Part shown: piece by piece, positions 1 through 12,477 of the stretch
Position numbering within the stretch: the first letter of the stretch is position 1
Layout of the letters: each line of letters opens with the position of its first letter
NCBI GenBank assembly: GCA_907165135.1
Contig: OU015568.1
Location: 10,478,001 to 10,542,000, forward strand
Direction: 5' to 3'
Source: Oikopleura dioica
Taxonomy: Eukaryota; Animalia; Chordata
Length of the DNA stretch: 64,000 bases
The notes under the pieces: model-generated
Databases searched by the model: none
Told to the model about the DNA's origin: nothing
The model's input: only the letters and a program-made list of their open reading frames with translations
Translations under genes and position numbers: made by a program

Positions 1-216
1 AAAAGAGATCTCCGCGGCAACTCACGTGCGCGCTCCAAAAATACGCGCTCGCCTCGATTTTATGGCTTTATCCCCTTCATAACTTTTAGCAGACATCTTA
101 GACGTATCTCTTTTTCTTTTTGCTTCAAAATAGTGTGAAAATTAAAAAGATCGGATGAGGATAAGGTCAGATTGGAGAAGGATTGATGATTAGCGCGCGC
201 CCGAGGTGTTTTTTAA

Positions 217-638
217 CCCTATGCGTGACGCGGATGCACTCAGTGCATCCGCTCATGGTTTTCTATCCATTTCTCTCTCAATTTTAGCCCAAATTCAAAA
301 ATTTAAAAAGAATAAGAATCTACGTCCAAAAACACGTCCGATCCGCTCCGTCACATTTTGAAAACAAATTTTATAATAACCTAAAAACGTGAAAAATGTC
401 GTAATTTTACTATTTTTCGTCTCGAGAACAGCTATTTCGCTGCATGTTACGTAACAACGAGCCCGTTTCGCCGCCGTTGAAGGGGGTATTTCGGTCTCTT
501 AGACACTGAAAACAGCGAATTCAGGCTGTTTCTCTTCAAAACTTGGCAAAAAAGAGCAAAAAATTGTTCTAGATGGGTCGGATGCACTGAATGCATCCGC
601 GTCACGCATAGGGGTAGTTCTGATCGTCACGCATAGGG
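217..638. mobile_element. Non-autonomous piggyBac-like MITE (422 bp)
   Basis: TTAA at 213-216 and 639-642. Termini CCCTATGCGTGACG...CGTCACGCATAGGG. 217-251 matches the reverse complement of 579-613 at 34/35. TTAA target plus CCC terminus is the piggyBac signature. No ORF. Confidence 0.85.
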
Positions 639-1073
639 TTAACGGAGTGATTGGCAAACAGCTGTCCTCGAAAATCATTGTGCAAATGTTTTCAAGAGCT
701 GGAGAATCGATTTAGGAAAGATTCGCGTTTTTTTATCGAAGGAAGGGAGTTCCAACTGGGTCAATATGGACGTGAAAGACGGATTTTCATCTGTTTGGAG
801 AGGATTAAGCCTTTCTTAATCAATTATTATTTGAACAGATTTTCTAATTTTCAGAATACTGGAATACTGAAAAGGTGTTCGTATTTTGAAGATATTCCCT
901 AAAAGTATGAGCCTGTAAAGAAACCTGAGTTAGGGACTGAAAGGGCTAAAATAAAAGCAGCTTCGCTTTTAGAATCGAAACCGCAGAGCTACGAATTTAG
1001 AAACCTGACTCAGGTTTTTACACAGGTTTCGGCTTTCCTACCTGATTTCAATGTATTCCTTTTTGATAATTAA

Positions 1074-1459
1074 GGGGGTAGAAACAGCTTTCTCCATTTT
1101 GGACTGCAGCTACATAAAAGAAAGTATAAGATTTATTTACGTTCACGGAATTTCCTCATAAATGTTCCTAGAAAAAGGGTTGAGCTTCACAAAAATGTGG
1201 ATGAAATTTGTTTAACTATCAGCGGACTCGAGATATACGTGTTTGAAAATTTGCGAAAATCGAGAATTTCGGAGAGATGAGCTGCTTCTGAGCCCGCTTA
1301 CTCAAAAATTTGATGACTAAAACAAATTTCGAGGGAGATGTTCTTAGATCTAAGATGTATCTATCTAAATCTGAAGAAAAAATTTGAAAATGTAAGATTC
1401 TCTTGTCTGAAGCGACGGTCAAAAATCGCCTTTTTCGGAAAAAAGCTGTTTCTACCCCC
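1074..1459. mobile_element. Non-autonomous TIR element with TTAA TSD and GG termini (Kolobok-like MITE, 386 bp)
   Basis: 18-bp perfect TIR GGGGGTAGAAACAGCTTT. TTAA at 1070-1073 and 1460-1463. TTAA TSD with RR...YY ends fits Kolobok; the superfamily call is inferred from ends only. Confidence 0.7.
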
Positions 1460-1756
1460 TTAATTCAAAAATCGGAAAAGTCTTCCAAAATGTCAGCAGG
1501 AATACGTGACAATTAGAAAAGGCTGAGTATTACAGTATCTGCCCCGAAGCTCAACATTTCCCAGCCAACTTGAAATTGAAAGCGAGCCATTGTCCCAAAG
1601 TTCGAGTGATCTGCGAGAACAAAGCGCTTCCTCAAATGTCAAAAGCAGTCTGACTCTGCCCTGCGTTAGAAAAACCAACAGAACGTCTATTTGAATTTCA
1701 ACAGTGAAATTTTTAATTTCAATTCGCAAATGCCGAAACTGCTGTTTGAAGAGGTC

Positions 1757-2095
1757 ATTTTACGACGTGTTAATAGCAACCGCGGATTCATTTGACATTA
1801 AAATTTTGCACTTTGACTTTTGAAACTTTGTAAATACAGACAATACTCATTTTAAAACCAGGATTAACGTTTCCGCTTTGATATTTTAGAAGAAATAATG
1901 ACGCAGATAGTTTCTCCTCAAACTTGAAATTTTCAGCGAGACTATCTCTGTAATTGTTTTCTGGAAAATATTTGAGCGGAAGCTTTTATTGCGGTCTTGA
2001 CGTAAGGATTGTCTTTATATTCAAAGTTTCAAATGTCAAAGTGCAGAATTTTAATTTAAAATAAATCAGTGGTTGCAATTGACGCGTCGTAAAAT
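1757..2095. mobile_element. Degenerate foldback/MITE with ~90-bp imperfect inverted arms
   Basis: 1757-1846 (ATTTTACGACGTGTTAATAGCAACC...GCACTTTGACTTTTGAAACTTTG) aligns with the reverse complement of 2006-2095 with scattered mismatches. No TSD seen. Confidence 0.7.
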
Positions 2096-2641
2096 CGATC
2101 AATATATTATGTAGATTATGATCATTTAGGATGATTGTAAAAATTATAAAGCAAATATATTTTCGAACGTGTTGTTCGACAATTGCCCGCTTGAGTGCAT
2201 TCTACTGAATCTGCAGAAAATGGGACATATTTAACGTCGTATCGAGCAAAGAGATTATCCGCTCCGTCGCACTTAGAATCCGCCCTGGACACGAGTAAAC
2301 CTGGATTGTCGATTGCTTCGTTTTCAAATATAGTGAACCCTTTTAAAATGAAGAATAAGCGATAAAACGATTTGTCAAACTGATGATCCAAGTCTATTTT
2401 ATCGCTTATTTTTAACGGCTTTTGTGAATGAATAATAAATTATTATTAAATTTAATTGTCGCAGCAAGAAAAGGCAAAAGAAGGTAAAGGAAGAACTTTC
2501 GAACTTTGGAAATAGAAGAAACTGAATAAAAGAAGGAAAAGGATGAAAACAGAAAGTTAAGATAGGCAGGGATAGTTTTAGAAGTATACAGGGTTTTTGA
2601 TTGTTTCAAACATGTTTAAAATTAAAAATTGGTGTTTCAAG

Positions 2642-5600
2642 CTATACAAGCAGATCCTCGTCGGAATCGTTCGGATTGTCGCGATAAGTAGCACCCAGTG
2701 GATCTCCAGCAACTCGGCTCTCCGCACTGCTCTCGGGAATTGATTCTAGCGCTGCACTACTCTCCACCATCGAGTCTGGAACGAGAGGGAACACTTGATC
2801 ATCTACATTTTCAATTTCGAAGAGTAGGTCGTCCCCATCGTCGTCGTCATTTGCCAGCTGGTTGTACTATTGATTCGAGTTAAAAAACGGGTTCAAAAGG
2901 GTTTATTACCGAGATGGTTCGGAATCTGCCCCTGACAGAGTCCACTAGCGGCGCGCCCTTCTTCCATAAAAAGAAAGCCGATCCAGAAATGAGTGTAATT
3001 AGGAAAAACCACAGGCCAACGTGAGATCCTTTTTCTGATCCCATTGCTACATTCTCTCCCGTGCATGTTTGATTAGTGTACCATTCGAATCTTAATGAGT
3101 TCGATTTTATAGTTTGTCTTTATTTAATTTTCATATTCAATAAATAATATTTAATAATTTTTACCGGATGTTGCAATGGCTCGTTTCTTCAAGAAAAGAT
3201 AGGGAATCCACCGTCGCATCCCGGTCGCACATGACATTAAAAACAACAGTGCAACCTTGTTGAGGAGCGAGCTTGAGCTCGAGTACAGATCCATCGCTGC
3301 GCGCAGTCACGGAGCGATCCCACTTCCCCACTGTCTTTCCATCGCTGCCACCAATGCGACACACGGCGGCGCCATTGCAAGCCTGACGTATTGATTCTAG
3401 ATGAATTCTTAAAACTAGACAAATGTAAAAGGCACTCACCAGAGGCATGTGACCCAAGTTTCGACCAGTCGAGTTCATTTCCAAGATTTATCAAGTATTT
3501 ATAAAAAGTTTTATCTCGGACATCTCCTCCAACGCGGAATGTCTTGTCAGAGGGCAACACGATGCGCTGGTCAGTCACGGGGTTGACATAAGTGTAACCG
3601 TCGAGAATCACGGGTCTTTCCTTTACCCGACAGGCGGCTGTAGTCTTCCACCTTATTTGATAGCTAGGGATTGATTATTTTTCTTTGTCATTTTCAGATT
3701 TGAGAGGCAATTACCTGCATTGCCCGTCGGGAAAGGGATTGATTAGTTGAGGCTGGCCGATAGTGGCACCGCACTCAAATTGAATGCTCATATGCGGCGA
3801 TTGATCACGCCGATTACAAGCAGAGTCCTGACCTTCGTCGTAACTCAGTTTGAGCTTGTCCTCGTCGTCCCACGTCGCCCTGGGAATTGCGAGGCCAGAA
3901 ACTGATGACCATTTGCCTCCTCGTTTAACGCAAGCCATCGAGCCGCGACAAGCGTCGTCCAGATCAGTTTGCATTACCAGACCGCATGGATTGAAAAGAA
4001 ACCGCAAATCGCCCGTTGAAATTTGCCAACTTTCTGAACACAAAGAATAATCGACCCAGTCCACTACTTGTTGAATTACCTGACACGCGGTTGAGAATCG
4101 ACAAATCGTAAGATAGCGAGTCGTCAGAATTGGTGAACAGGCATTGTCTGACTGTGTCTGGATCGATGAGCTTATCGTTACTTGGATCATCGTCTTTTCC
4201 TACGACTTTTTCGCATACTGTTTTTGTGTTCCAGGAAAGGACGACGCTGCACTTTCCAGAACTAACAACAACGGGTTCTGTTTCTTCATCATGCTCATTA
4301 CAACTTAATTCAATCAATCATTGAGATTTTATTTGTAAAAGTTGTGTTACCTGAACCAAATAGTCGTATGATACTTTTTATCGGGCTCATCGATACATGG
4401 TTTGCCTTCAGAGAACACCATTTCAAGCGCGATTCCATCGGCAAGATCAAGCTCATGGTCTACTTTTACATTATCTTTCTGACCAATACTCTCCCATTCG
4501 CCAGAACCGTCTTCTTTCCGTCGACAAAATGCTGCTCTCTTGCATTTGTCGGAAAGATCCAGTCCATTGCAAATGTTATATTTATAGTCGAATTCTCCGT
4601 CATTGAAAGATCCATCGTTACTTTGATTGAAATCAAAGAAGAGATTTTTCTTGTCGTCTTCGATTTGACAGTTTTTCATTTGTGGAACATCTTTTTCTGG
4701 AACCGGAGCGGGATTGAAAGGAGAGTCGTCGTTTGTGCATGTGAGTGAGTTTGCAATAACGATTAGGAATGTGCAAGTATCGTCGTCAACAGATACGAGT
4801 CTTGGGTAGTCTTTCGTACGATTTGGATCACACGTTAACTCAATTTTAGTTTTGTAGAAATGGCCATTTCCGCACGAAGTTTTTGATTTGTAAACGATCG
4901 TTGGATTTTCATCCTCTTCCCAAACCCATTCTGCCGTTGGATCATAATCGCCGATCGACATCGGTCGAGTTCCAGCGCCTCTGACCCATCGGCAGACGGC
5001 GGCACCAGGAGGACAGTCAATTTGCTTGATAGGCTCCATTGCACCACAGATGTTGAGATAAATAGATTCCATGGAATCCTCTGGATCCTGGTCGATTCCG
5101 CTAACTAAATCATGGCCATGCGAAGGGATGAGCGGGGAGAAATCAACAAGTCTTCCTCCTAGCTGCTGAGCCCCGCACTCAGCCGTTGGCTCACAAGCCT
5201 CTTTTGTGTGGACGAGGATTAGATAATGGCATCCACCTTGTGTTTTAGCAATGATAGACGGCGTGGGAACAGTTGCTTCTTTATCACAAATAAACTGTAT
5301 CAAAGTTGAATACTTCCCAGCTTCGTTTCCGGGGCACTTATCGCCGTCAGCATAAGTGATTGTTAATGCCCCGTGATTATAGATAACGCGTTTGGTAAAC
5401 GTCCCGAGCGAGGTGTAGACAGAATCTGATCCTTTAATCTTCTTCATACAGATTCCAGATTTTTCCGGGCACTCATTCAACTCTTCGTTACATGAAATAC
5501 TAAGGCGATATTCGTAGCCATCATCGGTAAATGTCAGACCTTGATTCTGAAGCTTGAACATTCGAGTTAGATCGTATTCGAATTCTGTGCTTGGGTTTTT

Positions 5601-8600
5601 GGCGATGCAGCTTTTGATTTCTTCTTTAGTATCAATTGGACAAGCGTATTCGGTTTTCCAGCGGAAGACAGTTTCGCAGCCATCATCGGACATAAACTCG
5701 GGCGTATTTATAATTGACCCTCTGTCGCATTGAAGTAAAATTGTCGTTGAACGTTTGTTGTCGGAGCCTTCGCATTTATCACCATCTTTGTAGATAACTT
5801 TCAGCTCACTATCAGCACACTCTTCGTCTTCTGCGCAAGATTTGATTTCAAAAGGAGAGGAATCATCAGAAATCTTTCCTAGGTTGATATATTTCAGCTT
5901 TGTAGAACTTTCGGGGTCTTTTCTTATGAGACAGGAAGCAGAATCACCAGCACAGAGAATATCTTTTGTGTGGACAATATTTCTACAGAGATTGAGGACG
6001 TATCGCAACGGAGTGCCATCTTGGTCCCACTTGGTCACAATATAGTTACTATCAGGTCGGGAAAGAGGGTTCAAATCAAATCCATGCTTCGACAGCTCCG
6101 AGTAAAAATCGCATTCAACTTCATTAACCTCAGGACACATTTCGGGAGTCGGAAATCCAATAACCAAGTGACAGTGATCGTTGCTAATTATATATGGCTC
6201 ATGATTGTCATGATGAGCGCATTCGAACTGCAGACTGGCGACATAATTAACATCCTCGTCACAAACCTCATCGCCGACGTATGTCAAATGTGCGACCTGG
6301 TTTGAATAGTAAATCGCCTGGGAGAAGCCAGTAAACTTTCGCCAGCTCGAACTTGAATCTGATCGGATACAAATGCCCCCATCGCAGTCTGATACTTTGC
6401 CACAGACATTGAATTTGTATTCTTTATTGGTGCCATTATTGGTATCATTAACAGTGTAACCATCATCATTTTTGAGAGTGTTCAAATCAATTTCGATGCC
6501 GAAGTTAGGCTCCGTCACTTTGCAATCAGAAAATTCTGACGATGCCTGACTGATTTCGCAGGCAGCGGGATGGAACATCGAGAACCAATGCTCGCAACCT
6601 GTTGACGAGTCGTATTCAAGTTCATGGGGAAATGAGGCGCATGAAAGTCGCACAACAGCTGAATAGCTCTGCTCTGGATCTTCTTTGCACTGGGAACCAC
6701 CAAAGTAGTCAACAGTGATAACAGTGCTGTCTGAGTGTTTCATGTAGCTGGTGTGCGGTTGTCCTTGCACATTTCCAATCGATGAACAGTTCGAATTTTC
6801 CTTTCGATAGAAACTCTCAATGAAATAGCCTTGTTCGTATGGAAGCTCACCGCACTTCGGAAAGTCCTTCAATGGCGCTTCTTGAGTATCAGGACCGGAG
6901 CCACAAATACTCAAAACGAATTCTTTTCCATCGTAAGTAATTGTATCTTCGGCCTTTAATGGTATCCCAGATAAGGAAGAGAGATCAAAATGACTTCCTG
7001 TTTCTTTGTCATGAGCTGTGCAAGTAGCAGCCATCCTAGGGCAAGCAAGCGCTGTTCGTAACTGGAAATTCCAAGACTTTTCTGTAGATCCAATTTCTTC
7101 AAGTGCATCCGGAGAGAGTTCAATATGTCCACGGGTTCTGTCGCAGACAAAATCGACAGTGATTAAAAAGTCTGAGCTCTTCATCTTCATAGATATACCA
7201 GAGTCATTAGTCTCAAGTTCCGTCTTGCTGTAATACTCGATCGCCTTTTTATCCTCTTCGACGAAGAGTCTTCGTAGCATACCGAGACGTCACAATCTTT
7301 ACCACTTGTGCAGCAAGTCCTCGATCGAGCACATAGTTGAATAACCACGTCCTTATCACTTTCTTTGTGATGTTTTGTGATTTCGCCCTTTTGTGCAAGA
7401 ATTCCAAAGTCAAACATTTGACCAGTTTTGTCATTTTTTATTTTGCATGTGTTGGGAGACGTGCTTTTTACAGTACAAGCATGTGGAGTAGACCATTCGA
7501 ATTCTGCTTCGCACGAATCTTCATCGAGATTTCTCAGTCGAGGGGTGTGATCAGGTGAGAATGAATTGCAATAGATAAGAAACTTGCTTGACCATCTTTT
7601 GCTCGTATGTTTTTCGCACTTTGAGCCATCCGTATATAATGCAACTATAGCATTTTCTTCCCTTGATAAAACTTGACTAGTGGCTTTTCCTAGTGAGAGT
7701 CCATTCTCAGGATAACAAGCAATCGAACCGTGAGGGCATTTGTCGTCCACATCTAAGGGAACTTCTCCGCAGAGGTTTGCATAGACAGTTTTTTCTTGAT
7801 AGTCTTCATCTCCCTTTTCAAATCCCGACAAGTCCATCGCTTCATAAGCGCTTCCATCCATCTTCCGGAGCGGAGAAAGATCCACAAATCGACCATCAAA
7901 GAAAGAACATGCCATGGGCATTGGTGGACAAGCAGCGGAAGTTCGCCATTCAACAGATATTTTCTTCTTGTTATCTTTCTTCCAAACGGAATCGTCGACT
8001 ACAACTGGCTCAAAGTCAATCTCATTTGCGTCTTCCGCATCATCACAGATAAATAGAATCTCCACAGCGGTTATATTCCCATTTGTCTGGGAAGGCATTT
8101 CGAGTTTGACGATTCCGTCTTTGAAAGTGATCTTCTTTGAATTTTCGGCGATTGGAACTTGAGATCCATCAATCTCTAAGCAAGCCCCAACGTTCGATCC
8201 GCCTTCGAGATTTCCGCAGCCAACTTGGAGGCCCTTCTCGCAAATTGACAGATCAAGCTCGTTATCGTTTTTTTCTGAAGGACGGACGACGCGATGACCG
8301 GCAATTGGAGAGAGATCAATAAGAACTCTTCCATCAGACTCGATTTTACATTCTTCCCCTTCGAGTTCGACTTGCTTACAAGCAGCTGCGGTTCGCCAAA
8401 TGATATGATATTTGTTGCCATCTTTGCTGATGAATTCAGGGTACGAAGAATGGCCGCCTGGAGTGCACGATAGCTGGACATAAAGAGTTGCACTAGGTCC
8501 GTGCATTGTGTATTGCAAGTGACCGCTAGCGATTTCTTCTACAGAAGCGATGTTGGTAATCCTGATGTCTGTGTGCTCTAAATCACAGAACAGCGAGTTT

Positions 8601-10334
8601 TCGGGACACTTTTCAGCAGCTCCTGTCCTCATCAAATCCCCACAAAGAGACAGGAACATATTCGACCCAGAATTTTCAACCTCCCAGTCAAAGTCGTTGT
8701 ATATTCGGTGAGAATGAAGCTCGCAGAAGCCGAAGTTCTCTTTGCCATTCAAATCACACTCTTCTGTGGTACAACACCACGGTCGCCCATTGTGTCCAAA
8801 AGTCTCGCAGTTGTTGGAAGTGTGTTTTTCGCCTTTGGTCGTAGTGTAAGAAAATGGAAAGTGGCATTTTTCACCGTCGATAGTTGAAACGTCTTTTTGG
8901 TCGTCGACGTTTTCTCGTGATAACTTTTCGATGAGACTTCTCGGCTGGCGCATGATCGAGCTGACGTCGTATCCGACTGGAATCATTCCACAGACAGTTT
9001 CAAGCTTTTCTTGGCAGACTTCGTTCCTGTTCCATTCGAAAGTAAGCGCGCAGCCATCTTCGGATTTTTCAACAAGCTGAGGCTCCGCTTGGTTTTCAGA
9101 GCTATCGACACAGTTGATGTTTATGATTGAATCGTATTTTAAATCGTTTTCACAAACAGCACCATCTCGATAGATGAGAACAATCATATCGCTTGAGTAA
9201 ATAGCGTTGTAGAACTTTCCAAGTGATTGGGGATCCGAGCCGGTTTTCTTATTCTCCTCGCACAGAGAAAGATCGTACTCATCATCAAGAGAAAATGAGG
9301 ATTTTTCGAAGTCTTTGCGAATATCAATCGATTTTCCAACATCACCTTCGGAAAAACGACAAGTTTTGCTGGACATGTCCGAGATCGGTCTCGCCGCGCC
9401 AGTTCTGTGAATGACTCCGATTTGACACTCATTTTCGCCCAAAGAACTCGAGGTAAAATACTGTGGCGGATGTTCTCTTCCGACATGAGGAAACTCAAGA
9501 GTGACTGTGAATTGATTCGAGCATGCGACCTTCTCGAGCTCTTCTTTTCCATAAAACTTCATCTGAACAGAGCTGTCTTGCGATTGGAATTTCGGTTCAG
9601 GAGAATCTTTGAATAACGTTCGGATTTCTCCACTTTTTTCAACAAAACAAGCTGCTTTTCCAGCACATTTCGTTGGAAACTCCCCTTCTTCTGGAAGAAC
9701 AGAACAGAGACTGTAGTAGATCTTGTTGCCTGCTGGAGATGTGATGGAATAGACAGTATTCGCGAGTCGGGTGAGGTCGATTATTGCATTTTTCTCGGTA
9801 TCCACTGTGTAGCATTTTGAAATCGTATTATCTGGTTTCTTTTCATCCTTGCAAGCCGCTGACGTCCGCCATTCAAATGTAAGTTCTCGCTTCTTATCTT
9901 TCTCAGATTTCAAAATTAGCTCCGGCGGAAATGTAGCACCAAGAGGTCGATGTCCGCATACAAACTGGACGTTGAGTTTTATCTCGTCAATGTCGTCGAA
10001 ATCATCTGGGTTCTTGAGGACGAATGAAGTAGAAATTGAATCCGTCTCTAATTCAAATTCAGAGTCGTCTTTCGGAATCAACACTTTCGTATGCTCCTCG
10101 CCAGCCGGTTTGATACAGACGAGGCCATCTTTACAATGGGACGACGTTCCACATAAATTGAAGAGGTACAAGTCCAAGTTATCTACAGCTTCCCATGCTC
10201 CGACTAAGCAAATGAGAAGAATTCAGGTATAGAATCTTACCGAGGCTTGAGAGGTCAAAATTACTGTTCAGATTTTTACAATCCAACGAAAACGCAACAC
10301 TCAATAAAAATAATAACGATTTCTCACATTTCAT
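2642..10334 (-). CDS. IGF2R: Cation-independent mannose-6-phosphate receptor-like type I membrane protein: 15 MRH/CIMR repeats, one FN2 module, TM, DxxLL tail
   Basis: Signal peptide MKCEKSLLFLLSVAFS (ATG 10334). 15 repeats of the form C..(F/Y)DLxxL...NxC...FxWxTxxAC across ORFs 7187-10177, 4347-7280, 3711-4317 and 3161-3611. FN2 (CHFPF...GRPWC...FGFC). TM HVGLWFFLITLISGSAFFLW near 2960-3025. C-terminus DSDEDLLV* (stop 2642-2644) is the acidic dileucine GGA motif. About seven GT-AG introns. One apparent 1-nt error at T5 7246-7250. Confidence 0.9.
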
Positions 10335-10387
10335 CCCTAAAATACCCGAGTTAGGCCAACGGAAGGAAGTTAAAATAAAGTATTTTT

Positions 10388-11864
10388 TCAGCTTTCATGA
10401 GAAATCAGAGCTTTCTGCAAACGGGTTCTGCGTTCTTCTAAATTTGTCCAATCCGATGAAATTTTATGAAGATAGTCAAGAGGCGCATCTGCTGTTATTT
10501 GAGAAAAGTATCGATCACGACTCTTTGGCTTAGCAGACTAGATTGTTGTAACTGGTAATTCTTTAGGCTTTTACTTACCTTTTCAATGTATTCATCGTAT
10601 TCTTTCGTTGAATGCTGACATAGAACTTTTCCGTTGAAAGATTCTTCCTAAAGCAAATTGAAACAAAAAGGACGAGGCGAAGGCTTACATTATATTTTGG
10701 ATCCGCGATCGCTGAAATAATCGTCTGCGATGCATTTTCAACGCTAGGCAAGACGACTGCCCATCTGATCATATTATACGCCCTCAAAACAGTTCCTTTA
10801 AAATTAACATCTTGCTTCGTATAGCGATTCAATAAAGTCTCATTCGAAGTTCCAGGATCAACGCTGATAGAATTTAGCTCTCTTGACCATCTTTTAGTCG
10901 CCATGTACAGACAGAGCTTTGTCTGCATATACGACTCGATGTGTTTGAATTTCTCTTGAGCATCGTCTTGGCTGTAGTTTGTCGGATCGATGATGCGAGA
11001 AGCATGCGTTTTCAAATCCTTTGCTTGAGATCAAAAAACGAAACTCATATTACTGTGAAAATAAGTCAGGAATGAGAATCACGGTACATCGAAAAGAGAC
11101 GTTTTGTGACCTTTGCTTGAAAGTCGAGGATTTTTCCTCAGTTAAACTAATCTGCGCTTCTTTCATCATCGGGCAAACAACAGAAACAACTCTTCCATTA
11201 TTCTCCTTGATACTATCCTTCAACAATTCTCCAAGCAAGAAATGGCCAAGAAAGCCAACATGAAAGGTAGTATCGAAACCATCGGGAGTTTCGTGAGGGT
11301 CTCTCGAGCTGTTCGGCTTGAAGATTGCAGCGTTGTTAACCAAAACATCTACTTTTCCATATTTCTTCAAAAGCTTCGTCGCGCATTTTTCGACAGAGTC
11401 CAAATCTGCCAAGTTCAAATGCACCAAATCAACGCTCGCTTCGGGAACTTCTTTCAAAATAAATTTCTTCGCGACTTCCAAGTTTTTCTGCGATCTTGAA
11501 GCAAGAACAACTGTTGCTCCTCGCTCGGCTGCACCTTTTGCCGAGAATTTTCCAAAGCCAGAAGAGCTTCCAGTGATAACGACGACTTTTCCATGGAGAT
11601 TTGCTTCTTCAATTGGGATAGCGGAGCTGTCGTTCAGGAATAAGACTAAAAATTAAGAAAAAATGGCTGAAAAAGTGTTGAAGACGCACTTCTGTAGGCA
11701 TAAATGAAGCCAAATCCAAAAACAAGTGGTGTTACTGCTTTCAAAAACGTAGCACCAACGAGGAGCATTTTCCCACTAGAACTTTCATGGGAAACATTTT
11801 TTAATGGAGCCGAATTTCGACGAACGAGAGGAGTAATTCTCCGCGATAAATGACGCGTAATCAT
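10388..11864 (-). CDS. Short-chain dehydrogenase/reductase, RDH12/13/14-like
   Basis: GKVVVITGSSSGFG Rossmann motif, VDVLVNNAA, FHVGFLGHFLL, YMQTKL (YxxxK) and SVDPG. N-terminal basic/hydrophobic exon from ATG 11864. Last exon ends LQKALISHES* (10388-10390). Needs one extra A at T5 11131-11135. Confidence 0.85.
11019..11110 (-). mobile_element. 92-nt GT-AG intron with introner-like structure (direct repeat plus short TIR)
   Basis: CCTTTGCTTGA occurs at 11018-11028 and 11110-11120. On the minus strand the intron starts GTCACAAAACG and ends CGTTTTTTGATC-TCAAGCAAAG. Splicing gives FQAK|DLKTH. Confidence 0.65.
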
Positions 11865-11883
11865 TCTAAAATTAATTCCCTTT

Positions 11884-12477
11884 GATGAATTTAAAAAACT
11901 TTTTGCAGGCAAAATCCTGACTTTGCCTGTTTTTATATTCACCAGAAAGCCCTCAAAATTCTGAGTCTACTGGACTAGTTTCAGACCAAAACAGCCAGAC
12001 GATGACGTCATATATGACGCTAGAAGTTGGCAAAAATGGCCATTTCGGGCAAACTTTGAGTCAGTTTTTCTCGGCCTTTTTGACGGAATCTTCTCATGTT
12101 CTATAGTTCAAATTGATCCCTATGAAAAACTGTACTAAGGTTTTTCTTGGATTTTCATTTGCTCAAAAATTTTTTTTCGGAAAATTCTAGAGCCGAATTT
12201 TTCAAAATTTTTTTCCGAATACTTGAAAACCTTAGTACAGTTTTTTATAAGCTTTCATTTGAGCTATAGTACACCGAAAAATTCAAGCAGGAACGCTGTA
12301 AAAATAAGACTCAAAGTTTCGGCTTTTTCGAACCTTCTGACGTCATTTGTGACGTCATTTTCTAGAAAATTTCGAAAACGACTTGGTCGAATCGACTCAA
12401 AATTTTTCGGGCTTTCTGCAGGGCTGAAAATCTGACCAAGTCAGAATTTCGCCTGCAAAAAGTTTTTTAAATTCATC
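11884..12477. mobile_element. MITE/foldback element (594 bp) in the divergent SDR-LYST intergenic region
   Basis: GATGAATTTAAAAAACTTTTTGCAGGC (27 bp, perfect) at both ends in inverted orientation. Imperfect pairing continues for about 170 bp. Flanked by TTT on both sides. Confidence 0.8.

Noticed and set aside
912-1026. Tiny MITE with CCTGT...ACAGG ends
   Set aside because: Only 15/18 inverted match and no TSD. Could be chance or a very old relic.
1493-2391. Minus-strand ORFs 2122-2391 and 1493-1729 as exons of a gene downstream of IGF2R
   Set aside because: No recognisable motif, no ATG start, and I could not find a convincing in-frame splice joining them.
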